From: Candidatus Hydrogenedentota bacterium
GTDB lineage: Bacteria > Hydrogenedentota > Hydrogenedentia > Hydrogenedentales > SLHB01
DNA length: 64,000 nucleotides
Assembly (NCBI GenBank): GCA_963668025.2
Contig: CAXXTH010000017.1
Location: 64,001-128,000, forward strand
Direction: 5' to 3'
Of the stretch, positions 1-8,666 are shown in pieces. Made by a program: the position numbers and the translations under genes. Every line of letters starts with the position of its first letter. Within the stretch, counting starts at the first letter, position 1. The notes beneath the pieces are model-generated. The model searched no databases, was not told the origin of the DNA, and saw only the letters and a list, made by a program, of their open reading frames with translations.

Positions 1-162
1 TTGTTCGATATCCGAGGAGGCGGATGCGTCTGGGGCGCCCGTTTGAGGCTGCCGCATGGCATACCAGCGATACGCTTGATATCCGCCCAAAAGCAGTACG
101 AACAGGCATAAAACAACGATAATGATTTTCACCAGATTGAGTTCTTTGGATTGAACGGCCAT
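1..162 (-). CDS. 5' part of a single-pass membrane protein, running off the window edge
   Basis: Read by hand: the ATG at 162 directly follows the kinase stop (TAAATG). Translation is MAVQSKELNLVKIIIVVLCLFVLLLGGYQAYRWYAMRQPQ..., with an N-terminal hydrophobic helix, and is open to position 1. Confidence 0.7.
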   Translation of the reverse strand, partial: MAVQSKELNLVKIIIVVLCLFVLLLGGYQAYRWYAMRQPQTGAPDASASSDIEQ

Positions 163-1116
163 TTAGATGCGTGATTCTCCTATCCGGGTCAGGTCCAGCA
201 GCATCTCCGTCATGGTTTGGAACCGATGATCAGGCTGGCGGCGCAATGCCTTGAGGATTGCACGGTCCAGCACTGTTGGAATTTCCGGGTTGATTCTTGA
301 GATATGCTCGAATTTATATCCATCTCTCCCGAGTATCTGCCTGCTGACTTCTTCGGGGGTTTTGCCATTGCAGGGATGGCGTCCCGAAAAAAGCTCATAC
401 ATGGTAAGCCCATACGAAAAAATGTCTGAACGTGCATCCAAGCTTTTCTTCGCAAGCTGTTCCGGGCTCATGTATCGCCTGGTGCCGCCACGTTCTTTAA
501 TCCAGCGGGAGCGCCAGCTCGTATTTGATTTCGATAATCCGAAGTCCACGATTTTTACTTTTTTCATATCGCGCGAGAAAAGGAAGTTCTCGGGTTTGAT
601 ATCTCGATGCACGATGCCATTTTGATGCAGGAAATCAATTCCATGGCACAATCGGATGCATAGATTGATCATTTGGGGCATGGTCAGCTCGCGGGTATTG
701 ATAAACTCCCGCAGATTATGGCCGTCAATATATTCCATCAGCAGGCAGCGGCGCACTTGCCCGTTCCGGTCTTCTTGCTCGATGATTTGCGGGAACATCT
801 GAATGATGCATTCATGGCGCAGATTCGCCGCAATGCGTATTTCCTGGCCCAGATAGTCACGTTTGCGTTTCTTTTTGTCTAGATCATACCGGCGGTCGAG
901 CACCTTGATGGCGATAACTTTGTCTTGCTGGCGATCGACGGCTTTATACACGGTGCCCATGCCGCCTGAACCAACCTGGGCTACAATTTCGTAGGGGCCG
1001 ACGTGTGTTAATTCAAACCCGGAGTCGGAGCCATCTTGCTGGATATGGGAGGCATTTTCATCTAGTTCCTCGATATCATCCTTTTTGCGAAAACGTAACA
1101 GATTTCTCAATTGCAC
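163..1116 (-). CDS. Hanks-type Ser/Thr protein kinase, soluble with no TM segment
   Basis: Motifs GSGGMGTVY, AIK, HRDIKPEN, DFG and YMSPEQ. Confidence 0.93.
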   Translation of the reverse strand: MQLRNLLRFRKKDDIEELDENASHIQQDGSDSGFELTHVGPYEIVAQVGSGGMGTVYKAVDRQQDKVIAIKVLDRRYDLDKKKRKRDYLGQEIRIAANLRHECIIQMFPQIIEQEDRNGQVRRCLLMEYIDGHNLREFINTRELTMPQMINLCIRLCHGIDFLHQNGIVHRDIKPENFLFSRDMKKVKIVDFGLSKSNTSWRSRWIKERGGTRRYMSPEQLAKKSLDARSDIFSYGLTMYELFSGRHPCNGKTPEEVSRQILGRDGYKFEHISRINPEIPTVLDRAILKALRRQPDHRFQTMTEMLLDLTRIGESRI

Positions 1117-1173
1117 AGCGCTTCATGACTCCTACAGTGGAATGAATTTATAAATAATTGCGTACCAAACGGA

Positions 1174-2133
1174 CTATCCGCTTTTAACGCCTTGAGCCCC
1201 TGTCGGAACAGCCACTTCCTGGATTATATCACGCAGAACCGCATGTGTCGTGACACGCCGCAAACGGCTTTCTGGATTCAAAATCAGGCGGTGCTCAAGG
1301 ACCGGCATAGCCAGCGCCTTCACATCATCCGGCAGCACATAACTGCGGCCTTGGACAGCCGCAAAGGCTTGGGCGGCCCGGTAAAGCGCCATGGATGCGC
1401 GTGGGCTGGCGCCCAGCGACAAGTGCGAAGACTCGCGGGTGCGATACACGATGTGTAATATATAGTCCCGCACCTTTTCATGCACGGTGATCTCCCATAT
1501 GGCGCGCTGCATCCGGCGGATGGTCTCCGCATCCGCGACAGGCCCCAAAGAATCCAACGGATGGGCCAGCCGCATTCGCTCCAGCATGTCCGCTTCCGCC
1601 ATGATGCTGGGATAGCCCATGGTAAGCCGCATCATAAATCGGTCGAGTTGGGCCTCCGGCAGCGGAAACGTGCCTTCATGCTCCACGGGATTTTGCGTGG
1701 CAAACACGATAAACGGTTGTTCAAGCTGGTGCGTTTTGCCATCGATCGACACCTGGCCTTCCGCCATGGCTTCCAGCAATGCCGATTGCGTGCGCGGCGT
1801 AGCCCGGTTGATTTCATCCGCCACGATCATCTGGGCGAACAACGGCCCGGGGCGGAATTCGAATGTTTGCGTTTTTGGACTATAAATGGACACGCCCGTC
1901 ACATCGGAGGGCAATAGATCCGGCGTGCATTGAACCCGGCTGAAAGAACACCCGGAAGAGATCGCCAGCGCACGGACCAGCACGGTCTTCGCTACGCCGG
2001 GCACATCCTCGAGCAAGACATGCCCTCCCGCAAGCACTGCGGAAAGGGCAGCTTTAATGACATGGGATTTGTCGAGCACCACTTGCTCAACGTTCCCGAT
2101 GATCGCTTTTATGGTTTCTCGAAATTCACCCAT
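1174..2133 (-). CDS. moxR: MoxR family AAA+ ATPase
   Basis: Motifs LLEDVPGVAKT, TPDLLPSDVTG, DEINRA, ATQNPVE, LPEAQLDRF and GASPRA. Confidence 0.93.
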   Translation of the reverse strand: MGEFRETIKAIIGNVEQVVLDKSHVIKAALSAVLAGGHVLLEDVPGVAKTVLVRALAISSGCSFSRVQCTPDLLPSDVTGVSIYSPKTQTFEFRPGPLFAQMIVADEINRATPRTQSALLEAMAEGQVSIDGKTHQLEQPFIVFATQNPVEHEGTFPLPEAQLDRFMMRLTMGYPSIMAEADMLERMRLAHPLDSLGPVADAETIRRMQRAIWEITVHEKVRDYILHIVYRTRESSHLSLGASPRASMALYRAAQAFAAVQGRSYVLPDDVKALAMPVLEHRLILNPESRLRRVTTHAVLRDIIQEVAVPTGAQGVKSG

Positions 2134-2258
2134 TTCAGTCCGGTGCGGAGCACCCCCTTATCCAAAGCGATGATACTAGGCCTGCAAACGGAACGCAAGA
2201 AGAAGCTGAGGGGAGCCTTCGTAGTGGTTCATTGCAGAGGACGTACAAAGAAAGGCGC

Positions 2259-3656
2259 CTACTTTCCTTTTAGGGCCGCCTTGATGATGGTCCGGATGTC
2301 CGCCGCGCTGACCGAACCATCATCGTCCATATCCGCAGGCAAAAAATCGGCTTGCTGGCCAATGGTCTGGTTCACGGCGATCTGGATGTCCACGGCGTTG
2401 ATGCGCCCATCCGCATTCACATCATGAATCCCGACCAGCACGGTTCCATCTGTCGAATAGGCCAAAATAGACATCACCTCCGCACGGGTAAGATAACCAT
2501 CTCCGTTGGCGTCGAATAGATTGAATATTTCGGCGGGCGCATCGGGAAAAACCGTGGCGATCTCCGCATACTCCAACACGCCATCCGAGTCAGAGTCGCC
2601 CCGTATAAGCGCTTGCAACAATTCTTTCCGCATATCTTCGAATGGTGGAATCGGGTGGTCCGGCATATCAGCCAGCGTGATCACGTTGTCATCATTTCGA
2701 TCAAGCTGCGTGAAATATGTGGAGGTGAAGCTGGGTAATAGGGATTGAATATCGGCGAGTTCCACCGCGCCATCGCCATTGTCATCAGCCAAGGCTAGAT
2801 ACTCAATGAAAATTTCCCGGAAATCCCGTTTGCCTTCCGGGCAGTCCGCGCTCGTAATCACGCCATCGCCGTCTTGGTCGAGTGCGGCAAACCACGAATA
2901 ATCCCCTTCGGACGCCACGGCTTGGAATTCTTCTTCCGTCACCGCGCCATTCGCATCAACATCCATCTGATTTAACATTTGGCGCAAGCGGGCGGCGGAA
3001 CTGCATGGGAGAGGGGGCTCATCTTCTTGTGACAGCTTGCCATCCCGGTTCCGGTCAAGCTGGCGGAAAACAGCGGAAACGTCTTGGTTGCTATACGCCC
3101 GGAGTTCCGCGTATGTGGCCGCGCCATCGCCATTGGCGTCCGTGTCCATAAGCACACACTGTAACCGCGTGTCCGCGGGTTCTGGGAACGGCGGCGTATC
3201 GGCCCGTGTCAGTAGGCCATCGCCATCGCGGTCCATTCGTTGGAACTGGGCGCTGGAAAGGGAAGTATCTAGCATTTTCGCATCATCAAATGCCAATGCG
3301 GAATCCCCACGCAACTGGGCGAAGCGCAATAAGCGTAATAGACTCTCGCGAGGCGCGCATAGAACGGCTTGTGGGGCGTCATCCGGAGTGAGCACCTCAT
3401 CTCCGTTTCCATCCAAAAGAACAAACATCACTTGCGCCATGCCAGGCATCAACGCTTGCAGTTCTGGCATGGTCACCATGCCGTCACGATTGGCATCCGC
3501 ATCCACAAGAAGCTGGAGAGTCAGGCGCAGATATGCGCTCATATCCGCGGACGCGGATACGCTAGAAAACAGAAGAACGGCTGCCAGCGCCGGGAAACAT
3601 ATCCTGTGCAATCGAGCCACTGTGGTTATCCCTGAGTCTGCGGCATACGTACCCAT
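2259..3656 (-). CDS. Secreted multi-EF-hand protein with a C-terminal dockerin-like domain
   Basis: Signal peptide ending ...SVSASA, many DxD/NxDG loops and a C-terminal pair DVNADGRINAVDIQ / DMDDDGSVSAADI. The start was moved to ATG 3656 because the listed upstream extension lies in the IS. Confidence 0.8.
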   Translation of the reverse strand: MGTYAADSGITTVARLHRICFPALAAVLLFSSVSASADMSAYLRLTLQLLVDADANRDGMVTMPELQALMPGMAQVMFVLLDGNGDEVLTPDDAPQAVLCAPRESLLRLLRFAQLRGDSALAFDDAKMLDTSLSSAQFQRMDRDGDGLLTRADTPPFPEPADTRLQCVLMDTDANGDGAATYAELRAYSNQDVSAVFRQLDRNRDGKLSQEDEPPLPCSSAARLRQMLNQMDVDANGAVTEEEFQAVASEGDYSWFAALDQDGDGVITSADCPEGKRDFREIFIEYLALADDNGDGAVELADIQSLLPSFTSTYFTQLDRNDDNVITLADMPDHPIPPFEDMRKELLQALIRGDSDSDGVLEYAEIATVFPDAPAEIFNLFDANGDGYLTRAEVMSILAYSTDGTVLVGIHDVNADGRINAVDIQIAVNQTIGQQADFLPADMDDDGSVSAADIRTIIKAALKGK

Positions 3657-3660
3657 TCGT

Positions 3661-3688
3661 ATTATACCACGAGGGCCTCGATTGTCAA
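3661..3688 (-). promoter_or_regulatory. Consensus sigma70 promoter of the EF-hand gene
   Basis: Minus strand reads TTGACA-16 nt-TATAAT with a TG extension, ending 4 nt before ATG 3656. Confidence 0.7.
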
Positions 3689-3750
3689 TAATATCCAGCG
3701 CTTTTCCAGGGCGGACGCATCTAATAATGCTGAATTCTGGATAATGTCTA

Positions 3751-4050
3751 TCAGCTTGTCCTGCCATTCTTTTTCCGTTTTTTGTTTTTGTCTTGTTCCT
3801 GGCGTGTCCGACGGATGATTTCGTTGGCATATTCCTCGGCCAGCTTACGGAATTGGTTGTAGCCATCAATGGCCTCTTGGAGGGCCTCCACCTCGTCGGT
3901 GGGAACGTAGTGCACCACGTTACGCCCGTTTTGCCATGTCTGATGGTTGTAGTGGGGCCGGCCGGCCATCGCGCAGATCTTGCCGCGTTCCATCCGCTCG
4001 ATGGCCGCCATCTTTTCTAACAGCCGCTGGATTTTGCTTGTTTGTTTCAT
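3751..4050 (-). CDS. DUF6788-like small basic IS accessory protein
   Basis: 99 aa. The pattern 'ERGKI...YNHQTWQNGRNVVHYVP..EVEALQEAIDGYNQFRKL' parallels the ORF at 31934. It lies inside the IS TIRs. Confidence 0.7.
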   Translation of the reverse strand: MKQTSKIQRLLEKMAAIERMERGKICAMAGRPHYNHQTWQNGRNVVHYVPTDEVEALQEAIDGYNQFRKLAEEYANEIIRRTRQEQDKNKKRKKNGRTS

Positions 4051-4092
4051 GGCAATATGATATAGGAATATATATAAAAAGTCCAGCGTTTA

Positions 4093-4214
4093 GGAAGCGC
4101 GTCAAAATAACTTGACTATTTTTTCGCATTCAACGCAATTTTCATGGCGATAGGAATTACCGCTTCCTTTCCGAGTGGTGGGAGAAAATCGGTAAGTTAT
4201 TTTGACGCGACTCC
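4093..4214. mobile_element. 122-bp MITE-like inverted-repeat unit nested in ISAs1
   Basis: GGAAGCGCGTCAAAATAACTT (4093-4113) versus AAGTTATTTTGACGCGACTCC (4194-4214), with a 16-bp perfect core and TTA flanking both sides. Confidence 0.6.
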
Positions 4215-4234
4215 TTAACTCAGGAGATAAAGCC

Positions 4235-5392
4235 GTGGGCAATGAGCATCATCCCGTTCCGAGACAGCGCGGCATCATGGAATACTTGGAGGAAATCCCC
4301 GATCCGCGTGTCCGCCGCAGGCGGTTCCATAAGCTGGCCGATATTCTGGTTATCGGACTTTGTTCGATGTTGACCGGCGGCGAGGGATTCAACGACATGG
4401 CGTTGTTTGGAAGGATCAAACGAGACTGGCTCAAGACCTTTCTCGAGTTGCCTCACGGCATCCCGTCGCACGATACCTTCAACCGGGTTTTCTCCGCCAT
4501 CGACCCCGATTGTTTTATGGACTGTTTTGTGCGCTGGGTCCAAAGGATTTGCCCTGCACTGCAGGGGGAAGTCGTTGCCATCGATGGAAAGGCGTTGCGC
4601 CGAGCCTTGGATGACGGCGATTCAATCCCGTATATTGTCAGCGCCTGGGCTTCGCAAAACGGGCTGGCCTTGGGACAGGTTAAGGTGGACGATAAGTCCA
4701 ATGAAATCACCGCCATCCCCGAACTGTTGCGGGCGTTGGCCCTTCAAGGCTGCATCGTGACCATTGACGCCATGGGATGCCAGAAAGACATCGCCGCCCA
4801 GATCATCGAGAAGAAAGCTGATTATGTCCTAGCCCTCAAAGGCAACCATGCTACGGTTCACCAAGAGGTCCAGGATTTCTTTGCCGACGCTGTTTTGCCC
4901 TGCGCTTCCGAACCCGCCACTACCGTTGCCCCCAACACCATGGCCTGCTCCAAAACGCTCGAAAAAGACCATGGGCGCATGGAAACGCGCCGCTACTGGC
5001 AATCCACCGACATTGACTGGGTGGCAGACAAAAAGCGGTGGAAGGGCTTGCGCAGCATCGGCATGGTCGAGTCGATCCGCTGCGTCAAAGGCAAAAACAC
5101 CATCGAACGCCGCTATTTCCTCACCAGCCTTCCTCGTGATATTGAGGCCTTCGCAAAAGCCGTGCGGGGCCACTGGGGTGTCGAAAACCAGCTCCATTGG
5201 TCTCTCGACGTGACCTTCCGGGAAGACCAAAGCCGCGCCCGGACCAAAAACGCCGCACAGAATCTGGCCACGCTGCGCCGAATCGCACTCAACCTCATCA
5301 AGAGGAACACGGAAGAGAATATTTCGCAACGACAAAAAAGGATATTCGCCGCACTTGATATGCCGTTTCTCCAGCAATTATTGGGATTTTAG
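4235..5392 (+). CDS. ISAs1 family DDE transposase
   Basis: Motifs IPDPR, PSHDTF, AIDGK, KSNEITAIP, VTIDAMGCQ, LKGN, RGHWGVENQLHW.LD and FRED. GTG 4235 has RBS CAGGAG. Confidence 0.95.
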   Translation: MGNEHHPVPRQRGIMEYLEEIPDPRVRRRRFHKLADILVIGLCSMLTGGEGFNDMALFGRIKRDWLKTFLELPHGIPSHDTFNRVFSAIDPDCFMDCFVRWVQRICPALQGEVVAIDGKALRRALDDGDSIPYIVSAWASQNGLALGQVKVDDKSNEITAIPELLRALALQGCIVTIDAMGCQKDIAAQIIEKKADYVLALKGNHATVHQEVQDFFADAVLPCASEPATTVAPNTMACSKTLEKDHGRMETRRYWQSTDIDWVADKKRWKGLRSIGMVESIRCVKGKNTIERRYFLTSLPRDIEAFAKAVRGHWGVENQLHWSLDVTFREDQSRARTKNAAQNLATLRRIALNLIKRNTEENISQRQKRIFAALDMPFLQQLLGF

Positions 5393-5502
5393 ATGCGTCT
5401 GCCCTGGCGCTTTTCCAGGGCAACCCTGCCCAGGTTCCACGCCTGCCTTTACATTATTTCCCATCCATGGCAGAATCGCGGCAGTGAGTAGGAGTGGCCT
5501 AG

Positions 5503-6405
5503 ATGAAACGAGTTTTATATATGGCGGGCGTGTCATGCCTGCTGGCGCTGGCGATTATCGCCTATGTTTATATTCTACCCGGCCCGCTAGATCTGTCGCT
5601 TGTGGAGCCGTTTCATCAGGAAGAGAATTATGTCCGGCTCATCGAGCGCGCCACGGCGCGGCCCGCGCCCGATGGCTGCTTCACCTTCTGTGTCACGGGC
5701 GACACGCGCAGCAATTTCGAGGTAGCCCGCATGATCATGACGCATGCGGCGGCGGAATCCCCCGCTTTCATCTTGAGCGACGGCGATATCGTGCGCAGCG
5801 GCGCGCCGGAGGAATTGGCCCATCATCATATGGCGCTGGTGCAAGCGGTTGCCCCAATACCGGTAATCCCCGCGCCGGGCAATCACGAACATGGCCCCAA
5901 TCGGGACTTCGCTCCCTTCAAGGCCATCTACAGCAATGACCAGTTCAGTTTCGATTATGCGGAATGCCGGTTCATTGGCATCAACAACACGGACGGCTTT
6001 CCCAGCATGGGATATGATGACTTGGCATACTTGGAGCAAGAACTCGCCAAACCCGGCGCGCGCCATGCCTTCGTCATTTTGCATGTCCCCCCGCTGTTTC
6101 TCGAAAAGGCCGTGGATTGCACCGATGGCCGGGGTTTCCGCTGGAACAGCAAACGATTCCGCGCGCTGATGTCGAAATATAAGGTGGATGGCGTTTTCGC
6201 GGGGCATATCCATGGCATCGCTTCTACTAATATTGACTGCACTCGCTATACCATCACGGCGGGTGGAGGCGCGCCGTTGACGGATCGGCTCAAGCCTGAG
6301 GATTGCGTGAACAACTACGTGGTGGTGCATGTAACGCCCGATGAAGTGAAAATGGAAGCGGTTCGGTTCGCTAACGCGCGATGGACGCGCACGGTGCTCG
6401 AATGA
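5503..6405 (+). CDS. Calcineurin-like metallophosphoesterase with N-terminal anchor
   Basis: Motifs GDTR, GDIV, PGNHE, ILHVP and AGHIH. Confidence 0.88.
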   Translation: MKRVLYMAGVSCLLALAIIAYVYILPGPLDLSLVEPFHQEENYVRLIERATARPAPDGCFTFCVTGDTRSNFEVARMIMTHAAAESPAFILSDGDIVRSGAPEELAHHHMALVQAVAPIPVIPAPGNHEHGPNRDFAPFKAIYSNDQFSFDYAECRFIGINNTDGFPSMGYDDLAYLEQELAKPGARHAFVILHVPPLFLEKAVDCTDGRGFRWNSKRFRALMSKYKVDGVFAGHIHGIASTNIDCTRYTITAGGGAPLTDRLKPEDCVNNYVVVHVTPDEVKMEAVRFANARWTRTVLE

Positions 6406-7841
6406 AGTTCTCGGAAGAATATGGCCGCCTGCGCTCGTTTCGGGCCGCCGCCAAGGAGGCGCGCCAGCAATGCTCCGAGGAAGTGCTCCAATCCGTCTGG
6501 TACGACCAGTTGTTTCGCGAGGAGGGGCTTTGCACGCATGACGGCCAGCCGCTGCGCGTGCTGTCGCCAGGCTGGTGGAACCGCTCGGAAGGCCCTGATT
6601 TTAAAGGGGCGCAATTCCAGATGGACGGGCGCCTGATCACGGGCGATGTGGAGATCCATTGGGACCATGCCGCGTGGCGGCAGCATGGACACTACCTCGA
6701 TTCGCGCTACGACGATGTCGCGCTGGTGGTGGTGTTCACCTCGAATCCGCCGGAGGCGCTTCCCGCCACCTCCCAAGGCCGGAGCATTCCATGCCTGCTG
6801 CTGAGCCGCTTCCTGGATACGGATATTGGAATCCTTGCGGACAGCCTGCAAGATGATCATGCGGATGGGCCTCTCGTGGCCTCGGGAGGCTTAGGCCAAT
6901 GCGCCGCTTTCACCGAAGCATATGGCAAGGAGCGCGCCCAGCAACTCCTTTTCCTGGCGGGCGAATGGCGGATGCTGGCGAAAGCGCGGGGCATGCGCGA
7001 ACGCATGGACCATGCGGGCGGGAATCAGGCTATTTACGAGGCCTTCTTGTCCGCATGCGGATTCAGCCGCTACAAAACCCATTTCCGCGCACTAGCGAAA
7101 AACCTGCCCTACGAGCGGGTCCGCCAGCTTGCGCTGCGCGATCCACTGCTTCTGGAGGCCGCCTTGCTGCAACTTGCGGGACTTTTTCCCGAGGCGCTCC
7201 CGGAAGGCGCGGCGGGCCTGCCGCATTTTGCCCGCCTGCGCGGCCTGCGGCGCGATGAACTGGGCGGATTGAAAAGCTTGCCGTTGGACTGGAAGCGCAT
7301 CGGCGTGCGCCCGAATAACTACCCGGAGCGGCGCTTGGCGGGGGCGGCTTTGTTCCTGGCGCGAACCGCCCACGCGGGACTCGAAGAAAGCCTTCGGGCT
7401 ATCTGGACAGAGCCCATGACGCCTGCGGCGCGGAAACGGCGTTTCGAAGGCATGTTTGGAAAATCGCTCGGATTCTGGGCGTCGCATTGCTGCTGGACGG
7501 GCAAGCGGATGGCGAAGCCCGCCGCCTTGCTGGGGCCGGGGCGCATCTTGTCCATCATCGGCAATGTGTTCGTGCCGGTGGAATTGGCTTATGCGCGGCG
7601 CATGCGGGACCATATGGAGGAAGAGCAGGTGTTCGATTTTTTCGGATGGCTGCCCAAGGAAGAAGGCAACCATATCCTCAAAGCGATGCTGCCAAGGTTT
7701 TTTGGCGATGTCCAGCCGCCGAAACTGGGCTTTCGCACCCAGCAAGGCCTGATGCAATTGTATCAAGATTGGTGCGAACCGAATCCTTCCTGTCGCAACT
7801 GTTCGATTATCCCGCTGCTGGATATGGGGTATAGGGCATAA
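6402..7841 (+). CDS. DUF2851 family protein
   Basis: Motifs PGWWN..EGPDF, GDVEIH...W..HGH..D..Y and RPNNYPERRLA, plus C-terminal C...C..C. ATGA overlap with the upstream gene. Confidence 0.8.
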   Translation: MKFSEEYGRLRSFRAAAKEARQQCSEEVLQSVWYDQLFREEGLCTHDGQPLRVLSPGWWNRSEGPDFKGAQFQMDGRLITGDVEIHWDHAAWRQHGHYLDSRYDDVALVVVFTSNPPEALPATSQGRSIPCLLLSRFLDTDIGILADSLQDDHADGPLVASGGLGQCAAFTEAYGKERAQQLLFLAGEWRMLAKARGMRERMDHAGGNQAIYEAFLSACGFSRYKTHFRALAKNLPYERVRQLALRDPLLLEAALLQLAGLFPEALPEGAAGLPHFARLRGLRRDELGGLKSLPLDWKRIGVRPNNYPERRLAGAALFLARTAHAGLEESLRAIWTEPMTPAARKRRFEGMFGKSLGFWASHCCWTGKRMAKPAALLGPGRILSIIGNVFVPVELAYARRMRDHMEEEQVFDFFGWLPKEEGNHILKAMLPRFFGDVQPPKLGFRTQQGLMQLYQDWCEPNPSCRNCSIIPLLDMGYRA

Positions 7842-8119
7842 CACCGCTTTATTGCCAACCAACGTAGCAGAAGCCTTTTACCCAAGAATCGAGGGCGGAG
7901 CCATTGTTGCGCGGGCGAGACATCCGCGCATGTTCGAATAGGAGGCCTTCCAAAAATATGCCCCGTGTGAATCTACATCGCCATAAAGCCGAAAACGGGG
8001 ATTCAAACGAAATCCCCATAGCAGAGATTACATCGTTAATCATAACAAAAGCGCTGCTCCATGGCCTTGTTTTCATCCTATTCTTTGCCCGGCAATGGGA
8101 GAACTCCGCAGGTTATCTG

Positions 8120-8222
8120 CAGGAGTTCCCCCAAAAAAATGGGGGTGGTAACCGCAACTAATTATATTGAATAGAGTTACCCGTCTATAGAAGTGTCCTT
8201 ATCGAATTTTGGGGGATCTTTG
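8120..8222. mobile_element. MITE-like relative or remnant of the IS4-like element at 29686
   Basis: Ends CAGGAGTTCCCCCAAAA and TTTTGGGGGATCTTTG. The interior is nearly identical to 29716-29787. No TSD seen. Confidence 0.75.
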
Positions 8223-8330
8223 GCATTCCATATTCGCATTCTTGCGCCCATGAGGCGCTTGCCCGTATACTGACGGCTCTTCATGGACTCATTTTCGAAT
8301 AGGCGTGATAAACCCCTGATAGGAGGCGCT

Positions 8331-8666
8331 GTGTTACCAAAAGGACTTGGAAATCTGGGCAATCTGGGCGGCATGATGAAACAGGCCATGCAGATGAAAG
8401 CCAAGATGGAAGAAATGAAGGAGAAGCTCGGTTCGGAGATTATCGAGGCTTCCGTGGGCGGCGGCATGGTTTCGGTGGTCATGAATGGCCGCTTCGAGGT
8501 GATTAAAGTCGCCATTGACCCCGAGATCATTGATAAAAACGACCCAGACACCCTCGCCACCATGGTGCAAGCGGGTTTCAATGAGGCCGTGCGCAAGGTT
8601 CAGGAGCTTATCCAGGAAAAGATGAAGGAAGCGGCGGGCGGACTCGATATCCCAGGGCTTTTATAG
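8331..8666 (+). CDS. ybaB: YbaB/EbfC nucleoid-associated protein
   Basis: MMKQAMQMKAKM...GGGMVSVVMNG...IDP pattern. GTG start after RBS AGGAGG. Confidence 0.9.
   Translation: MLPKGLGNLGNLGGMMKQAMQMKAKMEEMKEKLGSEIIEASVGGGMVSVVMNGRFEVIKVAIDPEIIDKNDPDTLATMVQAGFNEAVRKVQELIQEKMKEAAGGLDIPGLL

Larger units (their letters stand above)
3707..5406 (+). mobile_element. ISAs1-family insertion sequence carrying a divergent small passenger ORF
   Basis: TIRs CAGGGCGGACGCATCTAA (3707) and TTAGATGCGTCTGCCCTG (to 5406). 9-bp TSD GCGCTTTTC at 3698-3706 and 5407-5415. Confidence 0.92.

Noticed and set aside
3657-3869. N-terminal extension of the 536-aa EF-hand ORF
   Set aside because: It runs through the promoter, the TSD and the IS end, so it is an accidental open frame.
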